From: Verrucomicrobiia bacterium
GTDB lineage: Bacteria > Verrucomicrobiota > Verrucomicrobiia > JABWAM01
DNA: 64,000 nt
Direction of reading: 5' to 3'
Assembly: GCA_020849895.1 (NCBI GenBank)
Contig: JADZFN010000020.1
Location: forward strand, 18,314-82,313
Position numbers and translations under genes: made by a program. Within the stretch, counting starts at the first letter, position 1; each line of letters opens with the position of its first letter. Of this stretch, positions 45,260-55,022 are shown piece after piece. The notes below the pieces were generated by a model. That model did no database searches and was not told where the DNA came from. It was given only the letters and a program-made list of their open reading frames with translations.

Positions 45260-45501
45260 CATGAACGCGCGACTCCATTCCGACAAGCCTGCAGCCTCGA
45301 GGGCGTTCATGCCTTCGCCACCGGGCGCTCAGATGGAGTTTGCCTTCGCACGCGCCGTGGGGATGACCGTCGAGAATTTAAAACGGATGCGGGCGCTGCG
45401 GCGCGCGCCGTCGAGCACGAAGCTCCGTGCGGCGGGGCTTGCCACAACGGCCGCAAGTGGTGGCTAGGGGCGAACATGTTCTTTGAGAAAGACGGCGTTT
45501 C

Positions 45502-46428
45502 GTGAGCGGCGCTCATCGGCCGGTCATGGCGACGGAGGTTGTGATGGCGCTCACGCGCGAGGGGACGCGCGGAGGGCGGTTCCTCGATGCGACGCTCGGA
45601 CTGGGCGGCCACAGCGAGGCGCTGCTGGCTTCGCGATCCGATGCGCGCGTGGCGGGACTCGATCAGGACGGGGAATCGCTCGTGCGCGCGCGAGCGCGGC
45701 TGGCGCCTTTCGGCGAACGGTTCCGCGCGACGCGGGGGAATTTTCGTGACGCGTGCGCCCTGCTAGCGGGCGAGGCTTACGACGGGGCCGTGATGGACCT
45801 CGGCGTCTCCTCGCCGCAACTCGACACCGCGGCGCGCGGGTTCAGCTTCCAGCACGACGCTCCGTTGGACATGCGGATGGACACGGAAAACGCGCGGACA
45901 GCCGCCGACCTTGTGAACCACGCGGCGTGCGACGAGCTCGAGCGGATTTTCCGCGAATATGGCGACGAACGGCGGGCGCGGAGGATCGCGGAAGCGATCT
46001 GCGCGGAGCGCCGCGCGGTGCCGGTCCGCACGACGCTGCAGCTTGCGGAGATCGTGACGCGGGCTGCGGGCGGAGCGCGGCCTTGGGCGCGTCTCCATCC
46101 CGCGACACGCGTCTTTATGGCGCTGCGGATGGCGGTGAACGACGAGCTCGGTGCGCTACGGGAGGGTCTCGAGGCGATCGGCACGCTTCTGGCGCCCGGC
46201 GCCCGGCTCGCGGTGATCAGCTTCCACTCCGTCGAGGACCGCGAGGTGAAGGCCAGGTTTCGGGAGTGGAAGCGAGTGGGGAAGGCCCGGGTGCTCACGC
46301 CGAAGCCCCTGGGGCCCGGGGAAAAGGAGACGCGGGAGAACCCGCGCGCGCGAAGCGCCCGTCTGCGCGTGGCGGAGATGACGGGCGGACAATTTCAACA
46401 ACCACAACAAGGAGGAATCCATGGCTAG
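45502..46428 (+). CDS. rsmH: 16S rRNA (cytosine1402-N4)-methyltransferase
   Basis: ...HRPVMATEVVMAL...FLDATLGLGGHSEALL... (RsmH/MraW). GTG start. 308 aa. Confidence 0.9.
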   Translation: MSGAHRPVMATEVVMALTREGTRGGRFLDATLGLGGHSEALLASRSDARVAGLDQDGESLVRARARLAPFGERFRATRGNFRDACALLAGEAYDGAVMDLGVSSPQLDTAARGFSFQHDAPLDMRMDTENARTAADLVNHAACDELERIFREYGDERRARRIAEAICAERRAVPVRTTLQLAEIVTRAAGGARPWARLHPATRVFMALRMAVNDELGALREGLEAIGTLLAPGARLAVISFHSVEDREVKARFREWKRVGKARVLTPKPLGPGEKETRENPRARSARLRVAEMTGGQFQQPQQGGIHG

Positions 46429-46807
46429 AAATCGAAGAAGGGCGGACGGCGAATTGACACTCCGCGTCATGCTGCGGCGGCTGGTGATTTTCATCGTCAT
46501 CGTCGGCCTGCTGCTCGGCCTCGTCGCCATGCATCGGCGTGCGATGGCGCTCGGCCAGATCCTGGGCCAGCTCGAACAGGACCTTCAGAAGGAGGCCACG
46601 GCGGTGGCCCTGCTCAAGGCGAGTCTGGATCGCGCGGTCGCTCCGCGCGAGCTCGAGCAGAAGATGGCGGCGCTGCGGATCGTCTTGGTGCAACCTTCGG
46701 AGGCGCAGATCCGCCGATTGCGCGATCCCGTTTCCGGAGATCCGTCGTCTCGGGCGCATATCCTGGCCCAGGCGGATCCGCGCCGTCCGGACGCGCGCAC
46801 GCCCTAA
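46421..46807 (+). CDS. ftsL: Cell division protein FtsL-like (single TM helix plus coiled coil)
   Basis: RRLVIFIVIVGLLLGLVAM TM then leucine-rich heptads. Position between rsmH and ftsI. Weak family-level conservation is expected for FtsL. Confidence 0.55.
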   Translation: MARNRRRADGELTLRVMLRRLVIFIVIVGLLLGLVAMHRRAMALGQILGQLEQDLQKEATAVALLKASLDRAVAPRELEQKMAALRIVLVQPSEAQIRRLRDPVSGDPSSRAHILAQADPRRPDARTP

Positions 46808-46810
46808 TTC

Positions 46811-48631
46811 ATGCCGACGCGCTGTCATCGCTTTCGCGTGCTGTTGTTGGCCGCGGCGGGGCTGTTGGTCCTCGCCGCGTTGGGGGTCCGCCTCTACCGG
46901 CTTCAGGTGGTCCACCACGAAGAGCTGAAGCGCTTGGCGGACCGCCAGATTGGCCGCCGCATCCTCCTTCCCGCGCGCCGTGGAACGATCGCCGATTGCA
47001 ACGGCAATGTGCTCGCCCATACCGTCGCCCGCCGTCTCGTGTCGGTCGACCCGAAGGCGATCGCCGAAATCGAGCGGGCGCGGGAAAAGAAGAAGCGGCC
47101 TTCGACGCGCGCCGCGTTCGCACGCATCCTGGCCGATCAGTTGGCCCTCCCATATGCCGAGGTGGAGGAGAAGCTCGCGAGGGATTCGCGTTACGTGGTG
47201 CTTGCGCGCAAGGAACCGGCGGACGCCGTCGAAAGGCTCCAGGCGGCGCTTGCGCCCACGGGACTCCTTGGCGCACTCGGATTCGCCGACGATCCCGAAC
47301 GCCTCTATCCCAACGGTTCGCTCATGAGCCACGTCCTCGGCTATGTGGACGCGGAGCAGCGCGGCGTGAACGGCGTGGAGCGGGTCATGCAGGCGGACCT
47401 TCGCGGCGAGGACGGTTGGCGCGCCGGGGAAACCGACAATCGCGGACGCGAGATCGTCGCGTATCGCAGGGAGGACTTTCCCTCGCGCGACGGCTACACC
47501 GTGGTCCTCGCCCTCGATCAGGCGGTTCAGGACCTTTGCGAGCAGGAGTTGGACCGCGCGGTGGCGGCCTATCGTCCCGACTCGGCCGTGGCCATCGTCA
47601 TGCGCCCCGCCACGGGGGAGATCCTCGCCCTCGCAAGCCGTCCCACCTTCAACCCCAATGATCCCGACAAGCAGGTGGACAGCCTGCGCAACCGGGCCGT
47701 TTCCGATCTGAACGAACCCGGCTCCACGTTCAAGGTGGTGACCGTGGCCGCGGCGCTCGATCAGCGTCTTGTGACCCTCAACGACGTCATCTTCTGCGAG
47801 AACGGGAGGTTCGAATACGCGGGCCGCGAACTCACCGATCATCAAGCCTACGGAAACCTCACCGTGGCCGAAATTCTCGCCCATTCGGTGAACATCGGCG
47901 CCGCGAAGATCGCCCTCAAGCTGGGCAAGGAACGCATGTACGCGGCGATGCGTTGCTTCGGCTTCGGCGAACGGGCGTTTGGGGACCGCCCCACGGAGGC
48001 CTGGCCGGGCGAGGTGCGCGGGATCGTCCATCCTCCCCGCCAGTGGTCGCAGGTCTCCATCACCCGGGTGGCCATGGGGCACGAGGTGGGCGTCACGCCG
48101 ATCCAGACGATCGGCGCCGTGGCGGCTGTGGCGAACGGCGGAAACCTGATGCAACCGCTGATCATCCGCCGTGTGCTCGACGAGAAAGGGGTCGCGGTGC
48201 GCGAATTTTTTCCGAAGGTGCGTCGGCGCGTGATGGACCCCAGAGCCGCGCGGGAGCTCACCGAGGCGTTGAAGCGCGTCGTGAGCCAGGAGGGCACGGC
48301 CGCGAAAGCCGCAATCCCCGGCTTCCAGGTCGCCGGGAAAACGGGCACTGCGCAGAAGCTCGTCAACGGCCGTTACGTGCACGACCGCCACGTCTCTTCT
48401 TTCGTTGGATTTTTTCCCGCGGAGGATCCCGAGATTTGCATTTACGTAATGCTCGACGCCCCGAAGGGCAAGGTGCAGTACGGCGGCAGCGTCGCGGCGC
48501 CCGTCTTTCGTGAAATCGGCCTCCGGGTCGCTTCGTATCTGAACCTGCGCCCGACGGTGCCGGTCCCGGTCGGCGCTCCTCCGGCCGCGGGCGCCTCGCT
48601 GGCCGTTTCTTCGGAAGGAGACGCTCCATGA
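46811..48631 (+). CDS. ftsI: Peptidoglycan D,D-transpeptidase FtsI (class B PBP)
   Basis: PBP dimerisation domain plus transpeptidase with SxxK (…STFKVV…), SxN and KTG(T) (…AGKTGTAQ…) motifs. 606 aa. Confidence 0.9.
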   Translation: MPTRCHRFRVLLLAAAGLLVLAALGVRLYRLQVVHHEELKRLADRQIGRRILLPARRGTIADCNGNVLAHTVARRLVSVDPKAIAEIERAREKKKRPSTRAAFARILADQLALPYAEVEEKLARDSRYVVLARKEPADAVERLQAALAPTGLLGALGFADDPERLYPNGSLMSHVLGYVDAEQRGVNGVERVMQADLRGEDGWRAGETDNRGREIVAYRREDFPSRDGYTVVLALDQAVQDLCEQELDRAVAAYRPDSAVAIVMRPATGEILALASRPTFNPNDPDKQVDSLRNRAVSDLNEPGSTFKVVTVAAALDQRLVTLNDVIFCENGRFEYAGRELTDHQAYGNLTVAEILAHSVNIGAAKIALKLGKERMYAAMRCFGFGERAFGDRPTEAWPGEVRGIVHPPRQWSQVSITRVAMGHEVGVTPIQTIGAVAAVANGGNLMQPLIIRRVLDEKGVAVREFFPKVRRRVMDPRAARELTEALKRVVSQEGTAAKAAIPGFQVAGKTGTAQKLVNGRYVHDRHVSSFVGFFPAEDPEICIYVMLDAPKGKVQYGGSVAAPVFREIGLRVASYLNLRPTVPVPVGAPPAAGASLAVSSEGDAP

Positions 48632-50115
48632 CCTTGCGCGACCTCCTCCGCGTGGTTGCTCCGCTCGAGGCGAGCGGAGATCCTCTCGTCGAGATTTCCG
48701 GCATACGCGGCGATTCGCGCCGGGTGCGCCAAGGCGACATCTTCATCGCCATGCGCGGCGAGGGCGCCGATGGACACGAGTTTATCGCCGACGCCGTTGC
48801 CGCCGGCGCCGCAGCGGTGGTTTACGAGAAGCGGGGCGCCGTTCCCCAAGGCGTGCCCGCCGTCCGCGTGGCGGACGGCCGTCGCGCGCTCGCGCGGCTC
48901 GCCGACGCCTTCCACGGGAACCCCTCTTCGCGCCTCACGATGGTGGGGATCACGGGGACGAACGGAAAGACGACCACCAGCCTGCTCGTCGCTTCGATCC
49001 TGGAAGCCGCAGACCGGCCGACGGGGATCATCGGAACGCTCGCCATCCGGTTCGGGGGCCGGGAGATCCCCGCGGCGAATACGACGCCGCCCGCCGACGA
49101 CCTTCACGAGGCGCTCGCCCGAATGGAACAGGCGGGGATGAAGGCGGTGGCAATGGAGGTGAGTTCCCACGCGCTGCATCAGGGCCGCGTTGAAGGCGTG
49201 GCGTGGGACGCGGCGGTCTTTACGAATTTCACCCAGGACCATCTCGATTACCACCGCACGATGGACGCCTATTTCACGGCGAAGAAGCGCCTTTTTGAAA
49301 AGCTCGGCGCCGGCGGAAAAAAGGGTCTTGCGATCCTGAACGCCGACGATCCCCGCGGCGAAGAAATGCGGCGTGCGGTGCGCGCCGGCGTGCCGGCGCT
49401 CTTTTACGGTGAAAGCGCGGACGCGCAGGTCCGCGCCTCCTGCGTCGAGACGGGCCTTGACGGGAGCCGTTTCACTCTGCGCGCGCCGCAGGGCGAAACT
49501 GAAATTCGGACGCGACTGTTTGGCGCGCACAATACGGCCAATTGCCTTGCCGCCGCCGCCACCGGCCTCGCCCTCGGCGCGGACCTGCCGGCCGTGGCGC
49601 GGGGAATCGCCGCCGTGACGAGCGTTCCGGGGCGTCTCGAACGCGTGGGCGAACGCCCTGCGGTCTTCGTGGACTACGCGCACACCGAGGATGCCCTGCG
49701 CCGCGCGCTGGCCACGCTGCGCCCGTTCGCACGCGGACAGCTCCTCCTCGTCTTCGGTTGCGGCGGGGGGAGAGATCGTGCGAAACGCCGCCTGATGGGC
49801 CGTGCGGCAGCGGAGCTTGCGGACTTCAGTTTCGTGACGAGCGACAACCCGCGTTTCGAGGAGCCCGCAGAGATCGCCGACGAGATCCTCCAAGGCTTCG
49901 GAAAACAGGAAGGCCGCCGCGAAAAAATTCTCGACCGTCGCGCGGCGATCTGCGCCGCGCTCGCGCGGGCGGGTCCGGAGGACGTGGTGCTCGTCGCCGG
50001 CAAAGGACACGAGACATATCAGGAGGCGCGCGGGGTTCGGAACCCCTTCGACGATCGTGCCGTCGTGCGCGAGCTGATCGCCGCGGCGAAGGGAGGAGGG
50101 AACGGCCATGGATGA
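48628..50115 (+). CDS. murE: UDP-N-acetylmuramoyl-L-alanyl-D-glutamate--2,6-diaminopimelate ligase
   Basis: ...GITGTNGKTTTS..., DNPR motif (…TSDNPRFEEP…) indicating meso-DAP specificity. 495 aa. Confidence 0.9.
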   Translation: MTLRDLLRVVAPLEASGDPLVEISGIRGDSRRVRQGDIFIAMRGEGADGHEFIADAVAAGAAAVVYEKRGAVPQGVPAVRVADGRRALARLADAFHGNPSSRLTMVGITGTNGKTTTSLLVASILEAADRPTGIIGTLAIRFGGREIPAANTTPPADDLHEALARMEQAGMKAVAMEVSSHALHQGRVEGVAWDAAVFTNFTQDHLDYHRTMDAYFTAKKRLFEKLGAGGKKGLAILNADDPRGEEMRRAVRAGVPALFYGESADAQVRASCVETGLDGSRFTLRAPQGETEIRTRLFGAHNTANCLAAAATGLALGADLPAVARGIAAVTSVPGRLERVGERPAVFVDYAHTEDALRRALATLRPFARGQLLLVFGCGGGRDRAKRRLMGRAAAELADFSFVTSDNPRFEEPAEIADEILQGFGKQEGRREKILDRRAAICAALARAGPEDVVLVAGKGHETYQEARGVRNPFDDRAVVRELIAAAKGGGNGHG

Positions 50116-51487
50116 AACGCCTCTCCGGGAGCTTGCACGAATGAGCGGCGGAAAGATTCAAGGGTCCGCGACGGTCCGCCGCGTGACCACCGACAGCCGC
50201 GACGCCGGGCCGGGCGACCTCTTCGTCGCCCTGAAGGGCGAACGGTTCGACGGCCATGATTTCGTGGCCCAGGCGCTCGAGCGCGGCGCGTCGGCGGCCA
50301 TGGTTTCGAGGCCGCTGGCCGTGGGCCCGCGCCTGGCGCCGATGATCTTCGTGGACGACACGCTCACGGGCCTTCAGGCGATGGCGCGGGCTTACCGCGG
50401 GGAGCGGCCCGTGAAGACGGTGGCGGTCGCCGGATCGAACGGCAAAACGGGCACCAAGGAACTCGTGGCCGCGGCGCTCGGTGTGAAATACGCGGTGCTC
50501 AAGAACCGCGACAATCTGAACAACCACATCGGCGTGCCGATCAGCCTCTTGCAGCTCGAACGGCGACATCAGCTCGGGGTCTTCGAGGTCGGCACCAACC
50601 ATGCGGGCGAACTGATCCCTCTGCTCCAGATGGTTCGCCCCATGGCGGGCGTGATCACGGTGATCGGAGAGGAGCATCTGGAATTTTTTCGCGATCTCGA
50701 GGGGGTGGCCCGTGAGGAGGGCGCGCTCGCCGAGATCCTTCCGGCGGAGGGATTGCTCGCGTTGAACGCCGACGACCCCTGGAGCCCTTCCATTGCGAGG
50801 CGCTGTCGCGCACGCGTCGTCACCTTCGGGTTCACGCGCGCGGCGGATTATCGCGGCCTTGCCGTCGAGGTTGCCGCGGACGGGGTGCGTTTTAGGGCCG
50901 CCTGCCCTTCGGGAGAGCACGATGTGGCCCTGCGGCTGCTCGGCCGCCATCAGGCTTCCAACGCGCTCGCGGCCCTCGCGATCGCCGATTTCTTTGGAGT
51001 GGATCTCGCCGCCGTCGCGGACGCCTTCGAGACGGTTTCCCCCGCGAAGATGCGCATGGAGCGCAAGGTCACTCCCAACGGCGCGCTGCTGATCAACGAC
51101 GCCTACAACGCGAATCCGTCCTCCGTGCGCGCCGCGTTGTGCGCGGTGGCGGAGATCTCGATCCCCGGCCGGCGTTACGCCGTGCTCGGCGAGATGCGCG
51201 AGCTCGGCGCGGCGGCGGAGGACGGACATCGCTCGGTGGGGCGCGCGGCCGCTGAGAACCACTTCGATTTTCTGCTGCTGGTCGGCGAGGGCGTGGACGC
51301 CGTCGCCGAAGGCGCGCGAGAGGGCGGCGCGCCCCCGCCGCGCATCGAGCGCTGCGCGGGTCCGGCGGAGGCGGCGGCGTTTCTCCGCGCACACGTTGCG
51401 CGCGGCGACGCCGTCTTGATCAAGGCTTCCCGCGGCGTCGCGCTCGAACGCATCGCCACTGAATGGCTCGGCCCGGACGCCAAGTGA
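50108..51487 (+). CDS. murF: UDP-N-acetylmuramoyl-tripeptide--D-alanyl-D-alanine ligase
   Basis: ...VAGSNGKTGTKE... Mur ligase three-domain pattern. 459 aa. Confidence 0.9.
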   Translation: MDETPLRELARMSGGKIQGSATVRRVTTDSRDAGPGDLFVALKGERFDGHDFVAQALERGASAAMVSRPLAVGPRLAPMIFVDDTLTGLQAMARAYRGERPVKTVAVAGSNGKTGTKELVAAALGVKYAVLKNRDNLNNHIGVPISLLQLERRHQLGVFEVGTNHAGELIPLLQMVRPMAGVITVIGEEHLEFFRDLEGVAREEGALAEILPAEGLLALNADDPWSPSIARRCRARVVTFGFTRAADYRGLAVEVAADGVRFRAACPSGEHDVALRLLGRHQASNALAALAIADFFGVDLAAVADAFETVSPAKMRMERKVTPNGALLINDAYNANPSSVRAALCAVAEISIPGRRYAVLGEMRELGAAAEDGHRSVGRAAAENHFDFLLLVGEGVDAVAEGAREGGAPPPRIERCAGPAEAAAFLRAHVARGDAVLIKASRGVALERIATEWLGPDAK

Positions 51488-51585
51488 GCAATGAATACTG
51501 AACAAAGAACACGGCGGATTGCCCGGTCGCCAGCCCTCCCTCTCGCGCAAGCCTTCCGCCCCTAACCTCCCGCTTCCGTTTCACC

Positions 51586-52686
51586 TTGCTCTACTACCTC
51601 CATTTCCTGAGTGCCGAGTGGTCGCCTCTCCGGATTTTCCGGTATATCACGTTTCGCGCGCTGATGGCGGCGATCACCGCGCTCGTCGTTTCGTTGATCC
51701 TCGGCCCGTGGGTGATCCGCCGGCTTTCGGAACTGAAGCTCGGCCAGCCGATCCGCACCGCTGAAGAGGTCCATCGCCTCCACGAACTCCATCGTCTGAA
51801 AAAGGGAGTCCCGACGATGGGCGGCGTGCTCATCCTCCTCTCCGTCATCCTCGGCAGCGCCCTCTGGGCGCGCCTCGACGTCATGTTTGTCTGGGCGACC
51901 CTCGGCGTGATGCTGGGGCTTGGCGCGCTCGGGTTCGCCGACGACTGGCGCAAGGTGGCGCGCAAGGAATCCCAAGGGATCAGCGCGCGCGCCAAGATTG
52001 CATGGCAGATCCTGATCGGACTCGGGATCGCGCTCCTGTTCCTCTGGCATCCCGACACGCGCGAGACGGCGCACAAGCTCATGGTGCCGTTTTACAAGCA
52101 CCCGGTCACCGCGCATCTGGGACTGCTTTTCCCGGCGTTCGCCTGCCTCGTTCTGGTGGGCGCCTCCAACGCGGTGAACCTCACCGACGGCCTCGACGGC
52201 TTGGCCATCGGCTGCACGATCATCGTGGCGCTCGTCTACACGGTCCTCGCCTACCTCTCGTCGAACGCAAAGTTCTGCGCCTATCTCCAGATTCCGCACG
52301 TCCCGGCCGCCGGCGAGCTTTCCGTGGTCTGCGCCGCGCTCGTCGGGGCCTCGATGGGGTTTCTCTGGTACAACTGCGCGCCGGCGCGCGTCTTCATGGG
52401 AGACACCGGTTCGCTGGCCCTCGGAGGGCTCTTGGGGGCGGTGGCGCTCGCTCTGAAGCAGGAGCTTCTCCTTGTGGTCGTGGGAGGCGTTTTCGTGCTC
52501 GAAGCCCTCTCGGTGATCCTTCAGGTCGCCTCTTTCAAGCTCACGGGGCGACGGCTCTTCGCTATGGCGCCGCTCCACCATCATTTCGAACTCAAGGGCT
52601 GGAGCGAGACCACCGTGGTGGTCCGCTTCTGGATCCTCTCGATCCTCTTCGCCCTCGTCGGCCTCAGCTCCCTCAAACTCCGCTGA
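51586..52686 (+). CDS. mraY: Phospho-N-acetylmuramoyl-pentapeptide transferase
   Basis: ...NAVNLTDGLDGLA..., ...FMGDTGSLALGG... 366 aa. Confidence 0.92.
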   Translation: MLYYLHFLSAEWSPLRIFRYITFRALMAAITALVVSLILGPWVIRRLSELKLGQPIRTAEEVHRLHELHRLKKGVPTMGGVLILLSVILGSALWARLDVMFVWATLGVMLGLGALGFADDWRKVARKESQGISARAKIAWQILIGLGIALLFLWHPDTRETAHKLMVPFYKHPVTAHLGLLFPAFACLVLVGASNAVNLTDGLDGLAIGCTIIVALVYTVLAYLSSNAKFCAYLQIPHVPAAGELSVVCAALVGASMGFLWYNCAPARVFMGDTGSLALGGLLGAVALALKQELLLVVVGGVFVLEALSVILQVASFKLTGRRLFAMAPLHHHFELKGWSETTVVVRFWILSILFALVGLSSLKLR

Positions 52687-52758
52687 TCCGAACTCCCCGA
52701 CCCCGCGCCATGCGAAACACCCCATGCACCATTCCCGAATCTTCCCCGGAGGACCGCC

Positions 52759-54129
52759 GTGATCCCGGTCGTCGGTCGCCACTTTCTTGTCGTCGGCTTT
52801 GGATCGAGCGGAGAGGCCGCCGCGCGGCTGCTCGCCCGGAACGGAGCGCAGGTCACCGTCATTGATGAAACCGAGACCGAAACTATGAAACGACGCGCGC
52901 GCAGAAAAAAGAACGCAGGAATCCGCTTCGCCTTGGGAACCGCGACGCCGCCGGCCGGGCCTTTTGCCGCGGCAGTGATGAGTCCGGGCGTGGACCCGCG
53001 GGGCCGCCTCGGCCTCGCCGTGTCGAACCTCGCCGCGCCGCGCTTCGGTGAGATCGAGATGGCTTCCTGGTTCTGCTCGTGCCCGATGGCGGCCCTGACC
53101 GGCACGAATGGGAAAACAACGACGACCGAACTGGCGACGCGCGTCCTCCGCGCGGGGGGGCGTCGCGTTCTCGCGGCGGGCAATATCGGCCTGCCGCTTT
53201 CCGAGGCGGTCCTGCGCAGTTCGGAGCTCGACTGGCTCGTCGTGGAAGCCAGCTCCTTCCAGCTCGAGGGCGTGGATCGTTTCCGTCCGCGCGTGAGCGT
53301 GATGATGAACATCACGCCCGACCACCTCGACCGCTACGCCTCTGTGGAGGACTACGCGCGCGCCAAGGCCGCCCTCTGGCGGAATCAGGGCGAAGGCGAC
53401 GTTTGCGTGGTGAACGGCGACACCGAGGTCGCGCTCGCCCGCCTCGGGTTTCGTCCGCCCGGCCGCGTCCTGCGTTACAGCACGCGCGGGGCGGAGGCCG
53501 ATTTCAGCTTCGACGGGCGCGCGATCCGCGGGCCTGCGGTGGATGGGCTCGATCTGCGCCTGGAGGCCACGCGCCTGCGGGGCGCGCACAACGCCGAGAA
53601 CGCGATGGCGGCGCTCGCCGTCGCCGCCGCCGCGGGCGTGGACCTTCGCGCCGCGTGGGAAGCCATCCGCAGCTATGTGCCGCTCCCGCATCGCCTCGAA
53701 CCCGTGGACGCCGCGGGCGGCGTCGAGTTTGTGAATGACTCCAAAGCGACCAACCTTGACGCCATGGAGAAGGCGGTCGCCGCGTTCGATCGCCCCGTGG
53801 TCCTCATCGCTGGAGGAAAGGACAAGGGCTTCGACTTTGCCGACGCGCTTCCCGCCCTGCGCGGCCGCGTCCGTGCCTGCGTCCTCATCGGCGAGACGCG
53901 CGAGCGCATCCGCGAGCGATGGGGCGCGGAGCTTCCGTGCCACCTCGAGGACACGCTGGAGGCCGCCGTGGTCCGAGCCGCCGCGCTCGCCGCGCCTTCG
54001 GGCGTCGTACTGCTCTCTCCGGGGTGCTCCAGCTTCGACATGTTCGCGAACTACGAACGCCGCGGCGACGCCTTCCGCCGCGCCGTGAAACGTTGGGTCT
54101 CCGCTGCGTGCCGAACCCCTTCCTCTTAA
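52759..54129 (+). CDS. murD: UDP-N-acetylmuramoylalanine--D-glutamate ligase
   Basis: ...VVGFGSSGEAAARLL... N-terminus, ...GTNGKTTTT... 456 aa. Confidence 0.9.
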   Translation: MIPVVGRHFLVVGFGSSGEAAARLLARNGAQVTVIDETETETMKRRARRKKNAGIRFALGTATPPAGPFAAAVMSPGVDPRGRLGLAVSNLAAPRFGEIEMASWFCSCPMAALTGTNGKTTTTELATRVLRAGGRRVLAAGNIGLPLSEAVLRSSELDWLVVEASSFQLEGVDRFRPRVSVMMNITPDHLDRYASVEDYARAKAALWRNQGEGDVCVVNGDTEVALARLGFRPPGRVLRYSTRGAEADFSFDGRAIRGPAVDGLDLRLEATRLRGAHNAENAMAALAVAAAAGVDLRAAWEAIRSYVPLPHRLEPVDAAGGVEFVNDSKATNLDAMEKAVAAFDRPVVLIAGGKDKGFDFADALPALRGRVRACVLIGETRERIRERWGAELPCHLEDTLEAAVVRAAALAAPSGVVLLSPGCSSFDMFANYERRGDAFRRAVKRWVSAACRTPSS

Positions 54130-54156
54130 CCCATTCACCTCCAACCCGAAAACTCC

Positions 54157-55002
54157 ATGCAAACCATCCTCGATATGGAACCCATCGAAACTCCGTCGCC
54201 CAAACGCCCGCGGGGGCGCGCGTGGCGCATCGTCGCCGTCGTGCTGGCCCTGCACGCCGTCGCTCTTGGAGGTTTTGTCGTCTTTCAGGGCTGCCACCGC
54301 GGCGAACCTGCGGAGCGCTCGGAGGAATCCGCCGACGTCGCGGCGCCCGCTGCGCCAGAAAACGTCTTTCCCGCGCCGGTCGCCGCTCCAGCCGAAGGTC
54401 AATCTGCAGCCGTGGCGCAGCCGGGAAGCCTCGCGCTGACGCCGGAAGAACGGATGCCAGGCGAGGTCGCGCCTCCGGCGCCTCCCGAACCAATCGTTTC
54501 CACCGAAGGTGCGCCCGCCGAAGATGCGCCCGCCGCGCCTGCTGCGGCGAAGGCTGTGAAACCGACCGGCGCCGTGACTCACATGGTGAAATCGGGTGAA
54601 ACTCCGGCCCTGATTGCAAAGAAATACGGCATCGCTGCAGACGCCTTGATGCGCGCCAACGGCATCGTTGACGCCACGAAACTCAAGGTCGGTCAGAAGC
54701 TCACGGTTCCCTCCGCGAAACTCAAGGCCTCCGCGCCGACACCCCGGGGAACTGTCGCCTCCAAAGCGGCGGCGAAACCCGCGACGAGAGCGACGCATGT
54801 GGTGAAATCGGGCGAGACGCTGACCTCGATCGCCAAACAGCACGGCGTGTCCGTGGATGCGTTGGTGAAAGCAAACAAAATCACCGACGTGTCGAAGCTC
54901 AAGATCGGGCAAAAGTTGAAACTTCCGTCGGGACGCCCTTCCACCGGCGCGCCGGGCGCCTCGAGCGATTCGCGCCATTCGTTGCGCCGGCTGCCCGCCT
55001 GA
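54157..55002 (+). CDS. Membrane-anchored tandem LysM-domain (peptidoglycan-binding) protein inserted in the dcw cluster
   Basis: N-terminal TM (WRIVAVVLALHAVALGGFVVF), Pro/Ala-rich linker, two LysM repeats (HMVKSGETPALIAKKYGI...VGQKLTVP and HVVKSGETLTSIAKQHGV...IGQKLKLP). Confidence 0.8.
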   Translation: MQTILDMEPIETPSPKRPRGRAWRIVAVVLALHAVALGGFVVFQGCHRGEPAERSEESADVAAPAAPENVFPAPVAAPAEGQSAAVAQPGSLALTPEERMPGEVAPPAPPEPIVSTEGAPAEDAPAAPAAAKAVKPTGAVTHMVKSGETPALIAKKYGIAADALMRANGIVDATKLKVGQKLTVPSAKLKASAPTPRGTVASKAAAKPATRATHVVKSGETLTSIAKQHGVSVDALVKANKITDVSKLKIGQKLKLPSGRPSTGAPGASSDSRHSLRRLPA

Positions 55003-55022
55003 AGCCCGCATCCGCCGAAACC

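Noticed and set aside
46295-48391. 698-aa minus-strand ORF across ftsL/ftsI
   Set aside because: The plus-strand PBP frame has SxxK/SxN/KTG motifs. The minus ORF is His/Arg/Gly low-complexity.
51562-55011. 1149-aa minus-strand ORF spanning mraY, murD and the LysM gene
   Set aside because: It spans three independently well-supported plus-strand genes. Its composition is Arg/Gly/Glu-rich with no domain-like motifs.
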